Shown: piece after piece, positions 15,671 to 24,629 of the stretch | Layout: each line of letters begins with the position of its first letter | Position numbering within the stretch: position 1 is the stretch's first letter | From: an uncultured Opitutales bacterium | GTDB lineage: Bacteria; Verrucomicrobiota; Verrucomicrobiia; Opitutales; Intestinicryptomonadaceae | DNA: 32,000 nt | Assembly: GCA_934660865.1 (NCBI GenBank) | Contig: CAKUIA010000003.1 | Span: 30,001-62,000 of the forward strand | Direction: 5' to 3' | The notes under the pieces: generated by a model | Told to the model about the DNA's origin: nothing | What the model saw: the letters and a program-made list of their open reading frames with translations, nothing else | Databases searched by the model: none | Position numbers and translations under genes: made by a program

Positions 15671-17692
15671 ATGAAATTTTTTGCATATACGCTGCTTGCC
15701 GCGCTTTTGTTTTCGGGGCTTTCGTGCTCGAAACAAAAGACGCCCGAAGAAACCCTGTTTGCCGGCGTTCCCGAAAGCGTCGCAAAAACCATAAGCGACA
15801 ACGCGCAAAAATATTTCGCAAATTCGCCCGCGCACAAAAAGCGCTATATGCAAAAGCAGGTTGACGCCTACAACGAAATTCAAAATGCGCAAATAAACCT
15901 GCCCGCCGAAACCTACGCAAAAATTTTGGCGCAGGCCGAATCGAAATTTGCCGCCGACTACATAGAGCGCAAAAACTGGCTTTTTGCCCAGACGCTTTCG
16001 TGTGCAAATTTAAACGAATACAAGTTGTCGTACCCGCAGCAAGTCTACAACGAAACGGTTTCGGTTCTCGAAAAATTCTACAAAGACGACTTCTTTAAAA
16101 TGGAGAACAATTTTTCGGAATGGGCGTCGTTTTTGTCGAGGGATTTGGACCCGAAAAAAGCGCTTTCGAAAGACGAACTTGCGCAGCTGAAAAAGCGCGC
16201 GATAGAAAACAGCAAGGGCATTGCCTCGAACGCAAAGGCCTATGCAGACGCGCAGGTGGCCGCCGCCCGCAGGCTTGCGTCTATAGGCGCTCCAAAAGCT
16301 TCGCTTAAAAACGACTTCGATTCGCTGCGCGATTTTGTTAGGGCAAAATACCCCAACGAATACGAAAAGCAGCTTGCCGAATTCGAAATCGGCATTAAGG
16401 AAATTATTGCAAACGACAGACAAATACGCTCGCAAATAAAGGCCGAAAAAGTAAGGCGCAACAACCTGCGCCTGCGCGAAAACGAAACGCTTGTAGCCGA
16501 AAGCTATTCCAAAAAAATAGAAAGCGTTTTCCAAACCTCCATATTTACAAGGCGCGGCAAGCTGGAAAACGTATATACAGCGGTTCTTACCAAGATTGGC
16601 GGGCACCCCGTAATCTTGTGCACGCAGGAGTTTTTGGAGGGGCGCCTCCCCGTAAAAATATCGAACAGCCTGGGCGAAATAGTGTGCTCTAGGGCGCTGA
16701 TTTCAAAAGACTGTCCGCTGATTGCGCTTATCCCCGACAGCCTCGACAAGGCGTTTATTCCGCTTAAGATTATGGAAAAGTTTTCGCCCGACGCCGAAAA
16801 GGATTTGTGCCTGGTTTCGCACGACTCGGGCGCGATAAAAGTGGGCTATGTGCGCATATTCTCCGAAGACGACAAATATTTTAACCTTGTGTTCGGCAAA
16901 ATCCCGCGCTTTGAACGCGATGTTGCAATAAAGCCCATAAGCCGCGACGGCACAAAATTTATGTCTACCGTGTCGCAGACGGTGCCCGGCATTTCGCAGT
17001 CGATTATTATAGACCCCGAAAATATGACGGTTATATCAATGGCCGTAAACCGCTACAATTCGGGCGTTATAGATTATTCGGGCAAAACGGGCTCTATTAT
17101 AGGCCACGAAGATATGGACTTGCCCGACTACAACACTTTGGTAAGGCAGTTCGACTCGTCGTTAAAGTCGGAAAAGCCGTTCGGTACAATAGACTTTTTA
17201 AGGCTTAACAACCTTAAGGAATGGAGCAAATTCAGCATGCAGGAGCTTGAGCGCCAAAAAACCGAAATACGCCGCTATACCGATTTAAACAACGACTTTC
17301 TCGTTTTCTTTAAGCGCAATCTATACGGCTATGCAATGCGCAGCGGCGCGCTCGGGGCCATAGCCGAAAAACATTCGATAAACCTTTTAAAGCGCAAAAT
17401 GTCGAAGGAAATGTATGTTAAGTGCTACCGCAACTATATGCTGGACGTGCTAATGGAGCTAAAGCGCAACATGCTTACCCCAGTAGACGTAGACCGCTAT
17501 TACAGCGTTTACAGAAACGCCCTGCGCTACCAGATAAACCTTAGAAAGGCCATGGCCGAATATGTTTCGGAGGGCATAAAAGACTACAATATAATAAACA
17601 TTTTGCATGCCGACTTGCTTACAAGATACAACAATCCCTATTCGTCGGTAGACATAACGCAGTTCGGCGGCGCAATGGGTTCGGGTATGTAG
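15671..17692 (+). CDS. Probable lipoprotein of unknown function: helical N-terminal half + degenerate trypsin-like (PA-clan) middle domain + helical C-terminus
   Basis: MKFFAYTLLAALLFSGLSC is a signal peptide with a relaxed lipobox. The ATG lies 1 nt after the pdxA stop. The middle region carries ILCTQEFL, DCPLIALIPD and PGISQSIIIDPENMTVISMAV in His-box/Asp-box/Ser-box order. Confidence 0.5.
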   Translation: MKFFAYTLLAALLFSGLSCSKQKTPEETLFAGVPESVAKTISDNAQKYFANSPAHKKRYMQKQVDAYNEIQNAQINLPAETYAKILAQAESKFAADYIERKNWLFAQTLSCANLNEYKLSYPQQVYNETVSVLEKFYKDDFFKMENNFSEWASFLSRDLDPKKALSKDELAQLKKRAIENSKGIASNAKAYADAQVAAARRLASIGAPKASLKNDFDSLRDFVRAKYPNEYEKQLAEFEIGIKEIIANDRQIRSQIKAEKVRRNNLRLRENETLVAESYSKKIESVFQTSIFTRRGKLENVYTAVLTKIGGHPVILCTQEFLEGRLPVKISNSLGEIVCSRALISKDCPLIALIPDSLDKAFIPLKIMEKFSPDAEKDLCLVSHDSGAIKVGYVRIFSEDDKYFNLVFGKIPRFERDVAIKPISRDGTKFMSTVSQTVPGISQSIIIDPENMTVISMAVNRYNSGVIDYSGKTGSIIGHEDMDLPDYNTLVRQFDSSLKSEKPFGTIDFLRLNNLKEWSKFSMQELERQKTEIRRYTDLNNDFLVFFKRNLYGYAMRSGALGAIAEKHSINLLKRKMSKEMYVKCYRNYMLDVLMELKRNMLTPVDVDRYYSVYRNALRYQINLRKAMAEYVSEGIKDYNIINILHADLLTRYNNPYSSVDITQFGGAMGSGM

Positions 17693-17766
17693 CGCGGCTT
17701 TTTTGCGCCCATTTTTTGCAAACCAAAAATGTGGGGTTTGTTGCGCTTTTGTTAGTTTGTTTGTTC

Positions 17767-17795
17767 TTGACGCACCCGCAATTTGCTACGATAAT
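17767..17795 (+). promoter_or_regulatory. Sigma70-like promoter with leaderless geometry for the sugar permease gene
   Basis: TTGACG (17767-17772), 17-nt spacer, GATAAT (17790-17795), then 6 nt to the ATG at 17802. Confidence 0.3.
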
Positions 17796-17801
17796 ATTTG
17801 T

Positions 17802-18833
17802 ATGATTACAATTACTTCCTATTCGATTGCGGTTGTGCTTTGCATAGTAACTATGCTTTGTTGGGGCTCTTGGGGCAACACCCAAAAATTGGCCAGCAAA
17901 GGCTGGGCGTTTCAGCTCTTTTATTGGGACTATTCAATAGGCGTTGTTTTGTTTACGCTTATGCTCGGGCTTACAATGGGCTCGATGGGCTCTACGGGGC
18001 AAAGCTTTGTTGCCGACTTAACTTCGGCCTCGCCCGAATTTGTGCTTTCGGCTTTGGTTGGCGGCATAATTTTCAATTTGTCGAACATACTGCTGGTGGC
18101 CGCCATCGACTTGGCGGGCATGGCGGTTGCCTTTCCCGTTGGCGTTGGGCTGGCTTTGGTTTTGGGTGTAATAACAACCTATATCGAAAACCAAACGGGC
18201 AATGTTCAAATGCTTGGCGCAGGCGTTGCCTGCGTGGTTGTTGCCATTATTTTAGACGCATTGGCATATAAGAGGCTAGGCCAGCTTAAAAAGGGTTCGA
18301 CAAACTCGAGCAACGGGAAAATTGTCAAGGGCATAATCGTTTCGATAATTTCGGGCTCGCTTATGGGCTTGTTCTACAGCTACGTTGTTGCCGCAATGGA
18401 AAAGACCGACGAGCTGGGCAAAATAGTTAACGAGAACGCGTTAACTGCGTATAGCGCCGTGTTTATTTTTGCAGTGGGCATTTTCCTTTCAAACTTTGTG
18501 TTTAACACGCTAATTATGCGCTTTCCCATTTCGGGCGGCAAGGTTGGCTTGTTAGACTACTTTAAAAAGGGCAATTTAAAGCTGCATATGATTGGCATTT
18601 TAGGCGGCGCAATTTGGTGCTGCGGCACAAGCCTTAGCTTTTTGTGCGCCGATGCTGCGGGGCCCGCTTTGGCATACGGCTTGGGGCAGGGGGCTACAAT
18701 GGTATCGGCCTTTTGGGGCGTGTTTATCTGGAAAGAATTTAAGGGCGCCGACAAGACAACAAACATATTGCTTGCCCTTATGTTTGTAATGTTCCTTTCG
18801 GGCTTGGGCATTTTGGTGGCCTCTAAACTGTAA
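17802..18833 (+). CDS. Sugar permease, DMT superfamily (GRP / RbsU-GlcU-like)
   Basis: About 10 TM helices. The N-terminus MITITSYSIAVVLCIVTMLCWGSWGNTQK resembles the first-helix WGS motif of glucose/ribose porters. It sits directly upstream of ribokinase. The track start at 17703 adds a non-membrane leader. Confidence 0.55.
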   Translation: MITITSYSIAVVLCIVTMLCWGSWGNTQKLASKGWAFQLFYWDYSIGVVLFTLMLGLTMGSMGSTGQSFVADLTSASPEFVLSALVGGIIFNLSNILLVAAIDLAGMAVAFPVGVGLALVLGVITTYIENQTGNVQMLGAGVACVVVAIILDALAYKRLGQLKKGSTNSSNGKIVKGIIVSIISGSLMGLFYSYVVAAMEKTDELGKIVNENALTAYSAVFIFAVGIFLSNFVFNTLIMRFPISGGKVGLLDYFKKGNLKLHMIGILGGAIWCCGTSLSFLCADAAGPALAYGLGQGATMVSAFWGVFIWKEFKGADKTTNILLALMFVMFLSGLGILVASKL

Positions 18834-18861
18834 AAACTGGCATTTAAACTATTCTTGCACC

Positions 18862-19728
18862 ATGAAAAAGACCGATGTTTTGGTTGTAGGCAGCGCCAAT
18901 GTGGATATGGTTGTAAATAGCCAGCGCATACCGCTTGCGGGCGAAACTTTGCTTGGCGGCGTGTTTGCGTGCAACAACGGCGGCAAGGGCGCAAACCAGG
19001 CGTGGAGCGCAGCCGCCCTTTGCAAAACCGCATTTTGCGGCGCAGTCGGCGGCGACGTTTTCGGCAGGGAATATGTTGCGCACCTAAAAAAGCGCAATAT
19101 AGACGTTTCGAACCTGAAAATCGTTAAGGGCACGGCTACGGGGGTTGCCCTTATTGTTGTGGCCAAAAACGGCGAAAACATAATAACGGTGGCTTCCGGC
19201 GCAAACGAAAAGCTTTTGCCTTCCGACATAAAGAAGATAAACTTTAAAAACTACTCGGTTGTTTTGTTCCAGCTTGAAAGCCCGCTAAAGACCGTAAAGG
19301 CGGGTATTGCTTCGGCGAAAAAGGCGGGCTGCATTACAGTGCTAACGCCAGCCCCCGCAATGCCGTTGCCAAACGAAATCCTTAAGAATGTAGACTTTTT
19401 AATGCCCAACGAGCACGAAATTTTGCTGCTGCAAAAAAAGCGTTATGCAGACTTTAAGGAGGCGGCAAAGTCTCTGCTTAAAAAGGGCGTTAAAAACGTT
19501 GTTATAACGCTGGGCAAAAAAGGGTGCTTGCTTGTAAATAAAAACGGCGAAAAATTCTTTAAGGCCTTAAAGGTAAAGGCTGTCGACACCGTGGGCGCGG
19601 GCGACTGCTTTACAGGCAGCTTTGCGGCGGCGCTTACGCTGTTTAACTACAATACCGAAAACGCAATAGAGCTTGCAATTAAGGCCGCTGCCGAGTCGGT
19701 TACAAAGCGCGGGGCGCAACCCGAATAG
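18862..19728 (+). CDS. rbsK: Ribokinase (PfkB family)
   Basis: VVGSANVDMV, NNGGKGANQA and the C-terminal VDTVGAGDCFTGSFAA (PfkB signature 2). Confidence 0.85.
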   Translation: MKKTDVLVVGSANVDMVVNSQRIPLAGETLLGGVFACNNGGKGANQAWSAAALCKTAFCGAVGGDVFGREYVAHLKKRNIDVSNLKIVKGTATGVALIVVAKNGENIITVASGANEKLLPSDIKKINFKNYSVVLFQLESPLKTVKAGIASAKKAGCITVLTPAPAMPLPNEILKNVDFLMPNEHEILLLQKKRYADFKEAAKSLLKKGVKNVVITLGKKGCLLVNKNGEKFFKALKVKAVDTVGAGDCFTGSFAAALTLFNYNTENAIELAIKAAAESVTKRGAQPE

Positions 19729-19752
19729 CAGGTTTGCAACTTATTGGTAATT

Positions 19753-19803
19753 AACGGAATGTTTTTTGCGGCTTAATTGCCCTAAAAATATTCCGTTTTT
19801 TTG
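19753..19803 (+). terminator. Possible terminator after rbsK
   Basis: AACGGAAT (19753-19760) pairs with ATTCCGTT (19790-19797) and is followed by a T-run. The 29-nt loop contains its own small palindrome (GGCTTAATTGCC). Confidence 0.4.
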
Positions 19804-19907
19804 TTGCATTTTCCTTTGTAAGAGGAAAGTCTTTTGAATATAAAAATTATAGGCGAAGCCTCCCAAAAAAAGCACTTGGCCGAATACAAGCGAAAGAAGT
19901 TAACATA

Positions 19908-21365
19908 TTGAAAAACGAAAAACTTTCTCAAAACCGCGCTCCCGTTTACGAGGCGTTGGAAAAGTTGAAAAAGCTGCGCATAGTCCCGTTCGATGTTCCT
20001 GGCCATAAAAGGGGCAAGGGCAATCCCGAATTGGTAGAGTTTTTGGGGCAAAGCGCGCTTAGCGTAGACGTTGGCACAATGAAGCTTGTCGACAGCCTTT
20101 GCCACCCCGTTTCGGTTATTAAAGACGCCGAGGCCATTGCCGCAAAAGCTTTCGGCGCAAAAAACAGCTTCTTTATGGTAAACGGCACCACAAGCGCGGT
20201 GCAGAGCATGATTTTATACGCCTGCAAAAGGGGCGACAAAATAATTTTGCCCCGCAACGTGCACCGCAGCGCAATAAACGCCGTTGTTTTGTGCGGGGCC
20301 GAGCCCGTTTACGTCAATCCCGCAATAGACAAAAATTTGGGCATAGCTTTGGGTATGTCGATTGCCGATGTGGAAAAGGCCATAAGGGAAAACCCCGATG
20401 CAAAGGCCATATATGTAAACAACCCGACCTACTACGGCATTTGTTCGGACATTAAAAAAATCGTAAAGCTTGCCCACAAGCACAACATTTTGGTTCTCGC
20501 CGACGAAGCCCACGGAGCCCACTTTTATTTCGGCAAAAATTTGCCCGTAAGCGCAATGGCGGCGGGGGCCGATATGGCCAGCGTAAGCATGCACAAAAGC
20601 GGCGGCAGCCTGACTCAAAGCTCGTTTCTGCTTTTGGGCAAACGCGTAAACGCCGACTATATGCGCCAGGTTATAAACCTTATGCAGACAACAAGCGGCT
20701 CGTATCTGCTTATGTCCAGTTTGGATATTTCGCGCCGCAAGCTTGCCCTAAACGGTGCCGAAATTTTTAACGGCGTTTTGGAATTGGCCGAATATGCCCG
20801 CCGCGAAATAAACAAGATTGGCGACTATTACGCGTTTTCCCGCGAGATAATAAATGCCGACAGCATATACGATTTCGACCGGACAAAGCTTTCGGTGCAC
20901 AGCCTAAACCTGGGCTTGGCGGGCATAGAAGTGCACGACATTTTGCGCGACGAATACAACATACAAATAGAGTTCGGCGACATAGGCAACTTTTTGGCGT
21001 ATATTTCGATAGGCGACAGGTTCAGCGACATAGAACGCCTTGTAAGCGCGCTTTCCGAAATACGCCGCCGCTACAAAAGGCCGAAAACGGGAATGCTTAC
21101 GCAGGAATACATTACCCCCATTGTGGTAAAGTCTCCGCAAGATGCCTTTTACGCCGAAAGCGAAAGCCTGCCGCTCGACAAAACCTGCGGCAGAATTTGC
21201 GGCGAGTTTGTCATGTGCTATCCGCCCGGAATTCCCGTGTTGTCGCCCGGCGAAATGATTACCGAGCAGATTATAGAATACATAAAATACGCAAAAGACA
21301 AGGGCTGCTCGATGACGGGAACCCAGGACTTATACATAAACAACCTGAATGTTTTAAAGGAATAG
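19908..21365 (+). CDS. PLP-dependent Orn/Lys/Arg decarboxylase (Bacillus SpeA-type arginine decarboxylase-like)
   Basis: FDVPGHKRGKG near the N-terminus and SMHKSGGSLTQSS (PLP-lysine motif). The length of 485 aa fits. The apparent start is TTG and there is no in-frame ATG nearby. Substrate not determinable from sequence alone. Confidence 0.8.
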   Translation: MKNEKLSQNRAPVYEALEKLKKLRIVPFDVPGHKRGKGNPELVEFLGQSALSVDVGTMKLVDSLCHPVSVIKDAEAIAAKAFGAKNSFFMVNGTTSAVQSMILYACKRGDKIILPRNVHRSAINAVVLCGAEPVYVNPAIDKNLGIALGMSIADVEKAIRENPDAKAIYVNNPTYYGICSDIKKIVKLAHKHNILVLADEAHGAHFYFGKNLPVSAMAAGADMASVSMHKSGGSLTQSSFLLLGKRVNADYMRQVINLMQTTSGSYLLMSSLDISRRKLALNGAEIFNGVLELAEYARREINKIGDYYAFSREIINADSIYDFDRTKLSVHSLNLGLAGIEVHDILRDEYNIQIEFGDIGNFLAYISIGDRFSDIERLVSALSEIRRRYKRPKTGMLTQEYITPIVVKSPQDAFYAESESLPLDKTCGRICGEFVMCYPPGIPVLSPGEMITEQIIEYIKYAKDKGCSMTGTQDLYINNLNVLKE

Positions 21366-21367
21366 TT

Positions 21368-22222
21368 ATGGAACTTTGGTTTACCGAGCGGCACACTCCG
21401 AACGTAAGCTTTTCTATTAAGGTGCAAAAACAGCTTTGCAGCGTAAAAAGCCGATTCCAGCAAATAGACGTTTTCGATTCCGAAGAATTCGGGCGTTTTC
21501 TCGCTTTGGACGGCTCCATTATGTTTACCGAGCGCGACGAGTTTATCTACCACGAAATGATTACCCACGTTCCGATGTCGGTGCACGAAAATCCCGAAAA
21601 TATACTAATTATAGGCGCGGGCGACGGCGGCGTTTCGAGGGAAGTGTTAAAGTATCCGTCGGTAAAGCACATAGACATTGTAGAGCTCGACGAAAAGGTT
21701 GCCGAAGTTTGCAGGCAGTTTATACCCCAAACGGCCTGCGGGCTAGACAGCCCAAAAGTTTCGCTTACCTACGAAGACGGCCTAAAGTTTATAAGAGGCG
21801 CCGAAAACGAATACGACGTAATTATTGTAGATTCCTCCGACACTACCGGGTTTTCGGAGGGGCTTTTTACAAAGGAGTTTTACGGCAACTGCTACAAGGC
21901 TTTAAAAGCCGACGGCATTATGGTAAACCAGCACGAAAGCCCCTTTTATTTAAGCGATTCAAGAGCAATGGCAACCGCGCACAAAAGAATAGGGCAGATT
22001 TTCGCCGTAAGCAAAATCTATCAGGCGCATATACCTACGTATCCGTCGGGCGAATGGCTTTTCGGGTTTGCGTCTAAAAAATACCACCCCGTAAAAGACT
22101 TTAACAAAAAGCGCTTTAATTCGCTGAAAATTAAAACCGACTACTACAATGCAAATTTACACAAGGCCTCGTTTGCGTTGCCCACTTATGTCGAAAAAAT
22201 ATTAACCAGGCAAGATTGGTAA
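21368..22222 (+). CDS. speE: Spermidine synthase / aminopropyltransferase
   Basis: MELWFTERHTPN, QQIDVFDSEEFGRFLALDG, ERDEFIYHEM, ILIIGAGDGGVSREVLKY, DIVELD and IIVDSSD. The ATG lies 2 nt after the decarboxylase stop. The track start at 21197 is a spurious upstream extension. Confidence 0.9.
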   Translation: MELWFTERHTPNVSFSIKVQKQLCSVKSRFQQIDVFDSEEFGRFLALDGSIMFTERDEFIYHEMITHVPMSVHENPENILIIGAGDGGVSREVLKYPSVKHIDIVELDEKVAEVCRQFIPQTACGLDSPKVSLTYEDGLKFIRGAENEYDVIIVDSSDTTGFSEGLFTKEFYGNCYKALKADGIMVNQHESPFYLSDSRAMATAHKRIGQIFAVSKIYQAHIPTYPSGEWLFGFASKKYHPVKDFNKKRFNSLKIKTDYYNANLHKASFALPTYVEKILTRQDW

Positions 22223-22270
22223 ACTTTTTGCTTTACACTGTGCTTTTGCAAAACAAAAATCTGACTTCGT

Positions 22271-24463
22271 ATGAAAAGGAAACTGATTTTTGTATTTGCG
22301 GCTTTTTTTGCGTGCATAGGCTCTGTTGCGGGCAAAGAAAATTTAGACTATGTGAATATGTTTGTGGGCGCTTCGGGCTACCACGTTACCGCCTACGGCG
22401 GCACTACGCCCGCGGTTGGCAGCCCCTTTGCAATGACCCAATGGTGCGCCGTCACCCGCGAAAACAAGATTTCGCGCACGGCATACCACTACGACGACAA
22501 AACATGTATAGGCTTTATGGCAAGCCACCAGCCCACAATATGGATGGGCGACTACGGCTTTTTTACCCTAATGCCGCAGTTGGGCGAACCGAAGCTAGGC
22601 GTTGAAGAGCGCGGCGTAAATATAGACCACAACAGGGAAGTTGCAACCCCCTACTATTACAAACTTGCCTACGATGTTCCCGAAGGCGGCGAAATTACAA
22701 CCGAAATTACCGCGACTAGCCGAGCGGGATTTTTTAAAATCCACTATCCGCAAAACGCAAAGGCAAAGCCCGTAATGTATATACAGGCGGCCCGCGCCGA
22801 GCAAAAACCCTTCGGCGGCGAAATTGCGGTTTTCCCCGACAAGCGCGAAATCAGGCTTTTTAACCAGGAAAGGCACGACGTCCATTTGGGCCCCGAGCTT
22901 AAAAACCTTAAAGGCTACTATGTTCTAAAGTTCGACAAGCCCTTCAAGCTTTTGGCGGTATACAACAACGGGCAAAAGAAAGACTATGTAAATTCGGTTT
23001 CGGGCGGCTACGACGTTTCGTGCGCGATAGAATTTGCCGAAGATGTCGGAACCGTTCAGGTAAAGGCGGGCTCGTCGTTTATAGGCTACGAACAGGCAGC
23101 CGAAAATCTAGATAGGGAAATCGGCGACAACTCCTTCGACAAGACAAAGGCCGTTGTAAAAGCCCAGTGGCAAAACTATTTCGACAAAATAGAAATAGAG
23201 GCGGCAAGCGAGCTCGACAAAAAAATATTTTTTACGGCCCTTTTTAGAACATTGCAGCTGCCGCGCGAATTTTCGGAATACGGGCGTTATTACAGCGCTT
23301 TCGACGACAAAATCCACGAGGGCGTTTCGTACAACGCGTATTCTTTGTGGGACACTTTCCGCGCGCAGCACCCGTTTTTGCAGATAATAGCCCCCGAAAG
23401 GGTTTCGCCGATGGTGCAGGCCTTGGTGCAAATGTATAAGGAAAGCGGCTGGCTGCCCAAATGGCCCAACCCTTCGTTTACGAATATAATGATAGGCACC
23501 CACGCCGACGCCGTTATTGCCGACGCCTACGTAAACGGCTTTAGGGATTTCGACGTAAAAACCGCCTACGAGGCAATACGCAAAGACGCAACAGTGCCCC
23601 CCAGCAACGACGAAAAAAGCCGCTGGGTAGACCGCGGGTTGTGGAGGGAAGGTTTCGGCTACGAAGCGCGCTCGGGGCTTACAAGCTATTTAAAGCGCGG
23701 CTATGTTACAAGCGACTACACAAACGAATCGGTTTCGCGCACGCTGGAGTTTGCCCTAGACGACTATTGCGTAGCGCAAATGGCAAAGGCTTTGGGCAAA
23801 GACGACGACTACAAAACCTTTATGCGCCACTCCGAAAACTACCGCAATTTGTTCAACAAAGAAACAAACTTTTTCCATGCCAAAAAGGCAAACGGGCAGT
23901 GGCACCCGAACCGCCACGAGGGTATGACCGAATCTAAAAACTGGCAATACCGTTTCTGTGTTATGCAAAACCCCTACGGACTTATAGAGCTTATGGGCGG
24001 CGAGCAAAACTTTGTAAAAAACCTCGACGAAGTTTTCGAAAAAGGCCACTACGCCCACAACAACGAGCCCTCGCACCACTATGTATATTTATACAACTAT
24101 TGCGACAGGCTGGACATTGCCCAAAAGCGCATTCCCAAAATTATGTTCGACAACTACAAAGACGAGCCCAAAGGCCTTACGGGCAACGACGATTGCGGGC
24201 AAATGAGCGCATGGTATATATTTACCGCAATGGGCTTTTACCCGATGTGTCCGGCCTCAGGCGAATATGTTTTGGGGCTGCCCCGCTTTAAGCGCATAAA
24301 AGTTGCATTGCCAAACGGCAAGTTTATAGAAGTAAAGGCCGAAAAGGCGGGCGTTGCAAAAACAATGAAAAACATCTACTTTAACGGCAAAAAGGTTGAA
24401 AAGCCCTATACTATAAAAGTAAAAGACGTGCTAGACGGCTGTTTGCTGGAATTTAAGCAATAG
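22271..24463 (+). CDS. Glycoside hydrolase family 92 alpha-mannosidase, secreted
   Basis: Signal peptide, then YVNMFVGASG...GSPFAMTQW...GFMASHQPTIWMGDYG, NNEPSHHYVYLYNY and GNDDCGQMSAWYIFTAMGFYP, which are GH92 hallmark motifs. Confidence 0.9.
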   Translation: MKRKLIFVFAAFFACIGSVAGKENLDYVNMFVGASGYHVTAYGGTTPAVGSPFAMTQWCAVTRENKISRTAYHYDDKTCIGFMASHQPTIWMGDYGFFTLMPQLGEPKLGVEERGVNIDHNREVATPYYYKLAYDVPEGGEITTEITATSRAGFFKIHYPQNAKAKPVMYIQAARAEQKPFGGEIAVFPDKREIRLFNQERHDVHLGPELKNLKGYYVLKFDKPFKLLAVYNNGQKKDYVNSVSGGYDVSCAIEFAEDVGTVQVKAGSSFIGYEQAAENLDREIGDNSFDKTKAVVKAQWQNYFDKIEIEAASELDKKIFFTALFRTLQLPREFSEYGRYYSAFDDKIHEGVSYNAYSLWDTFRAQHPFLQIIAPERVSPMVQALVQMYKESGWLPKWPNPSFTNIMIGTHADAVIADAYVNGFRDFDVKTAYEAIRKDATVPPSNDEKSRWVDRGLWREGFGYEARSGLTSYLKRGYVTSDYTNESVSRTLEFALDDYCVAQMAKALGKDDDYKTFMRHSENYRNLFNKETNFFHAKKANGQWHPNRHEGMTESKNWQYRFCVMQNPYGLIELMGGEQNFVKNLDEVFEKGHYAHNNEPSHHYVYLYNYCDRLDIAQKRIPKIMFDNYKDEPKGLTGNDDCGQMSAWYIFTAMGFYPMCPASGEYVLGLPRFKRIKVALPNGKFIEVKAEKAGVAKTMKNIYFNGKKVEKPYTIKVKDVLDGCLLEFKQ

Positions 24464-24481
24464 CATAAACATTCAACGGCT

Positions 24482-24520
24482 AAAAGCCCGCCGACTGCAA
24501 TTGCAGGCGGGCTTTTTTTG
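24482..24520 (+). terminator. Rho-independent terminator after GH92
   Basis: AGCCCGCC...GGCGGGCT forms the stem (24485-24492 / 24506-24513), with an inner TGCAATTGCA palindrome. It is followed by T7. Confidence 0.75.
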
Positions 24521-24569
24521 CGGATTATAACAATATACGCCTTGCCGTTTTTTATGTGCATTTATGCCA

Positions 24570-24606
24570 AACAAAAAGGCGCCGGCTTGATTTGTAGCCG
24601 GCGCCC
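24570..24606 (-). terminator. Rho-independent terminator of the minus-strand TIM-barrel gene
   Basis: The minus strand reads GGCGCCGGCT-acaaatca-AGCCGGCGCC, a 10-bp stem, followed by TTTTTGTTT. It lies 24 nt after the stop at 24630. Confidence 0.65.
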
Positions 24607-24629
24607 ATTGTTTTAAATATTCGGTTTAA

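Noticed and set aside
24554-24616. 20-codon ORF (MCIYAKQKGAGLICSRRPLF) between the convergent GH92 and TIM-barrel genes.
   Set aside because: It is made entirely of the minus-strand terminator hairpin sequence. It has no independent signals and no resemblance to known micro-proteins.
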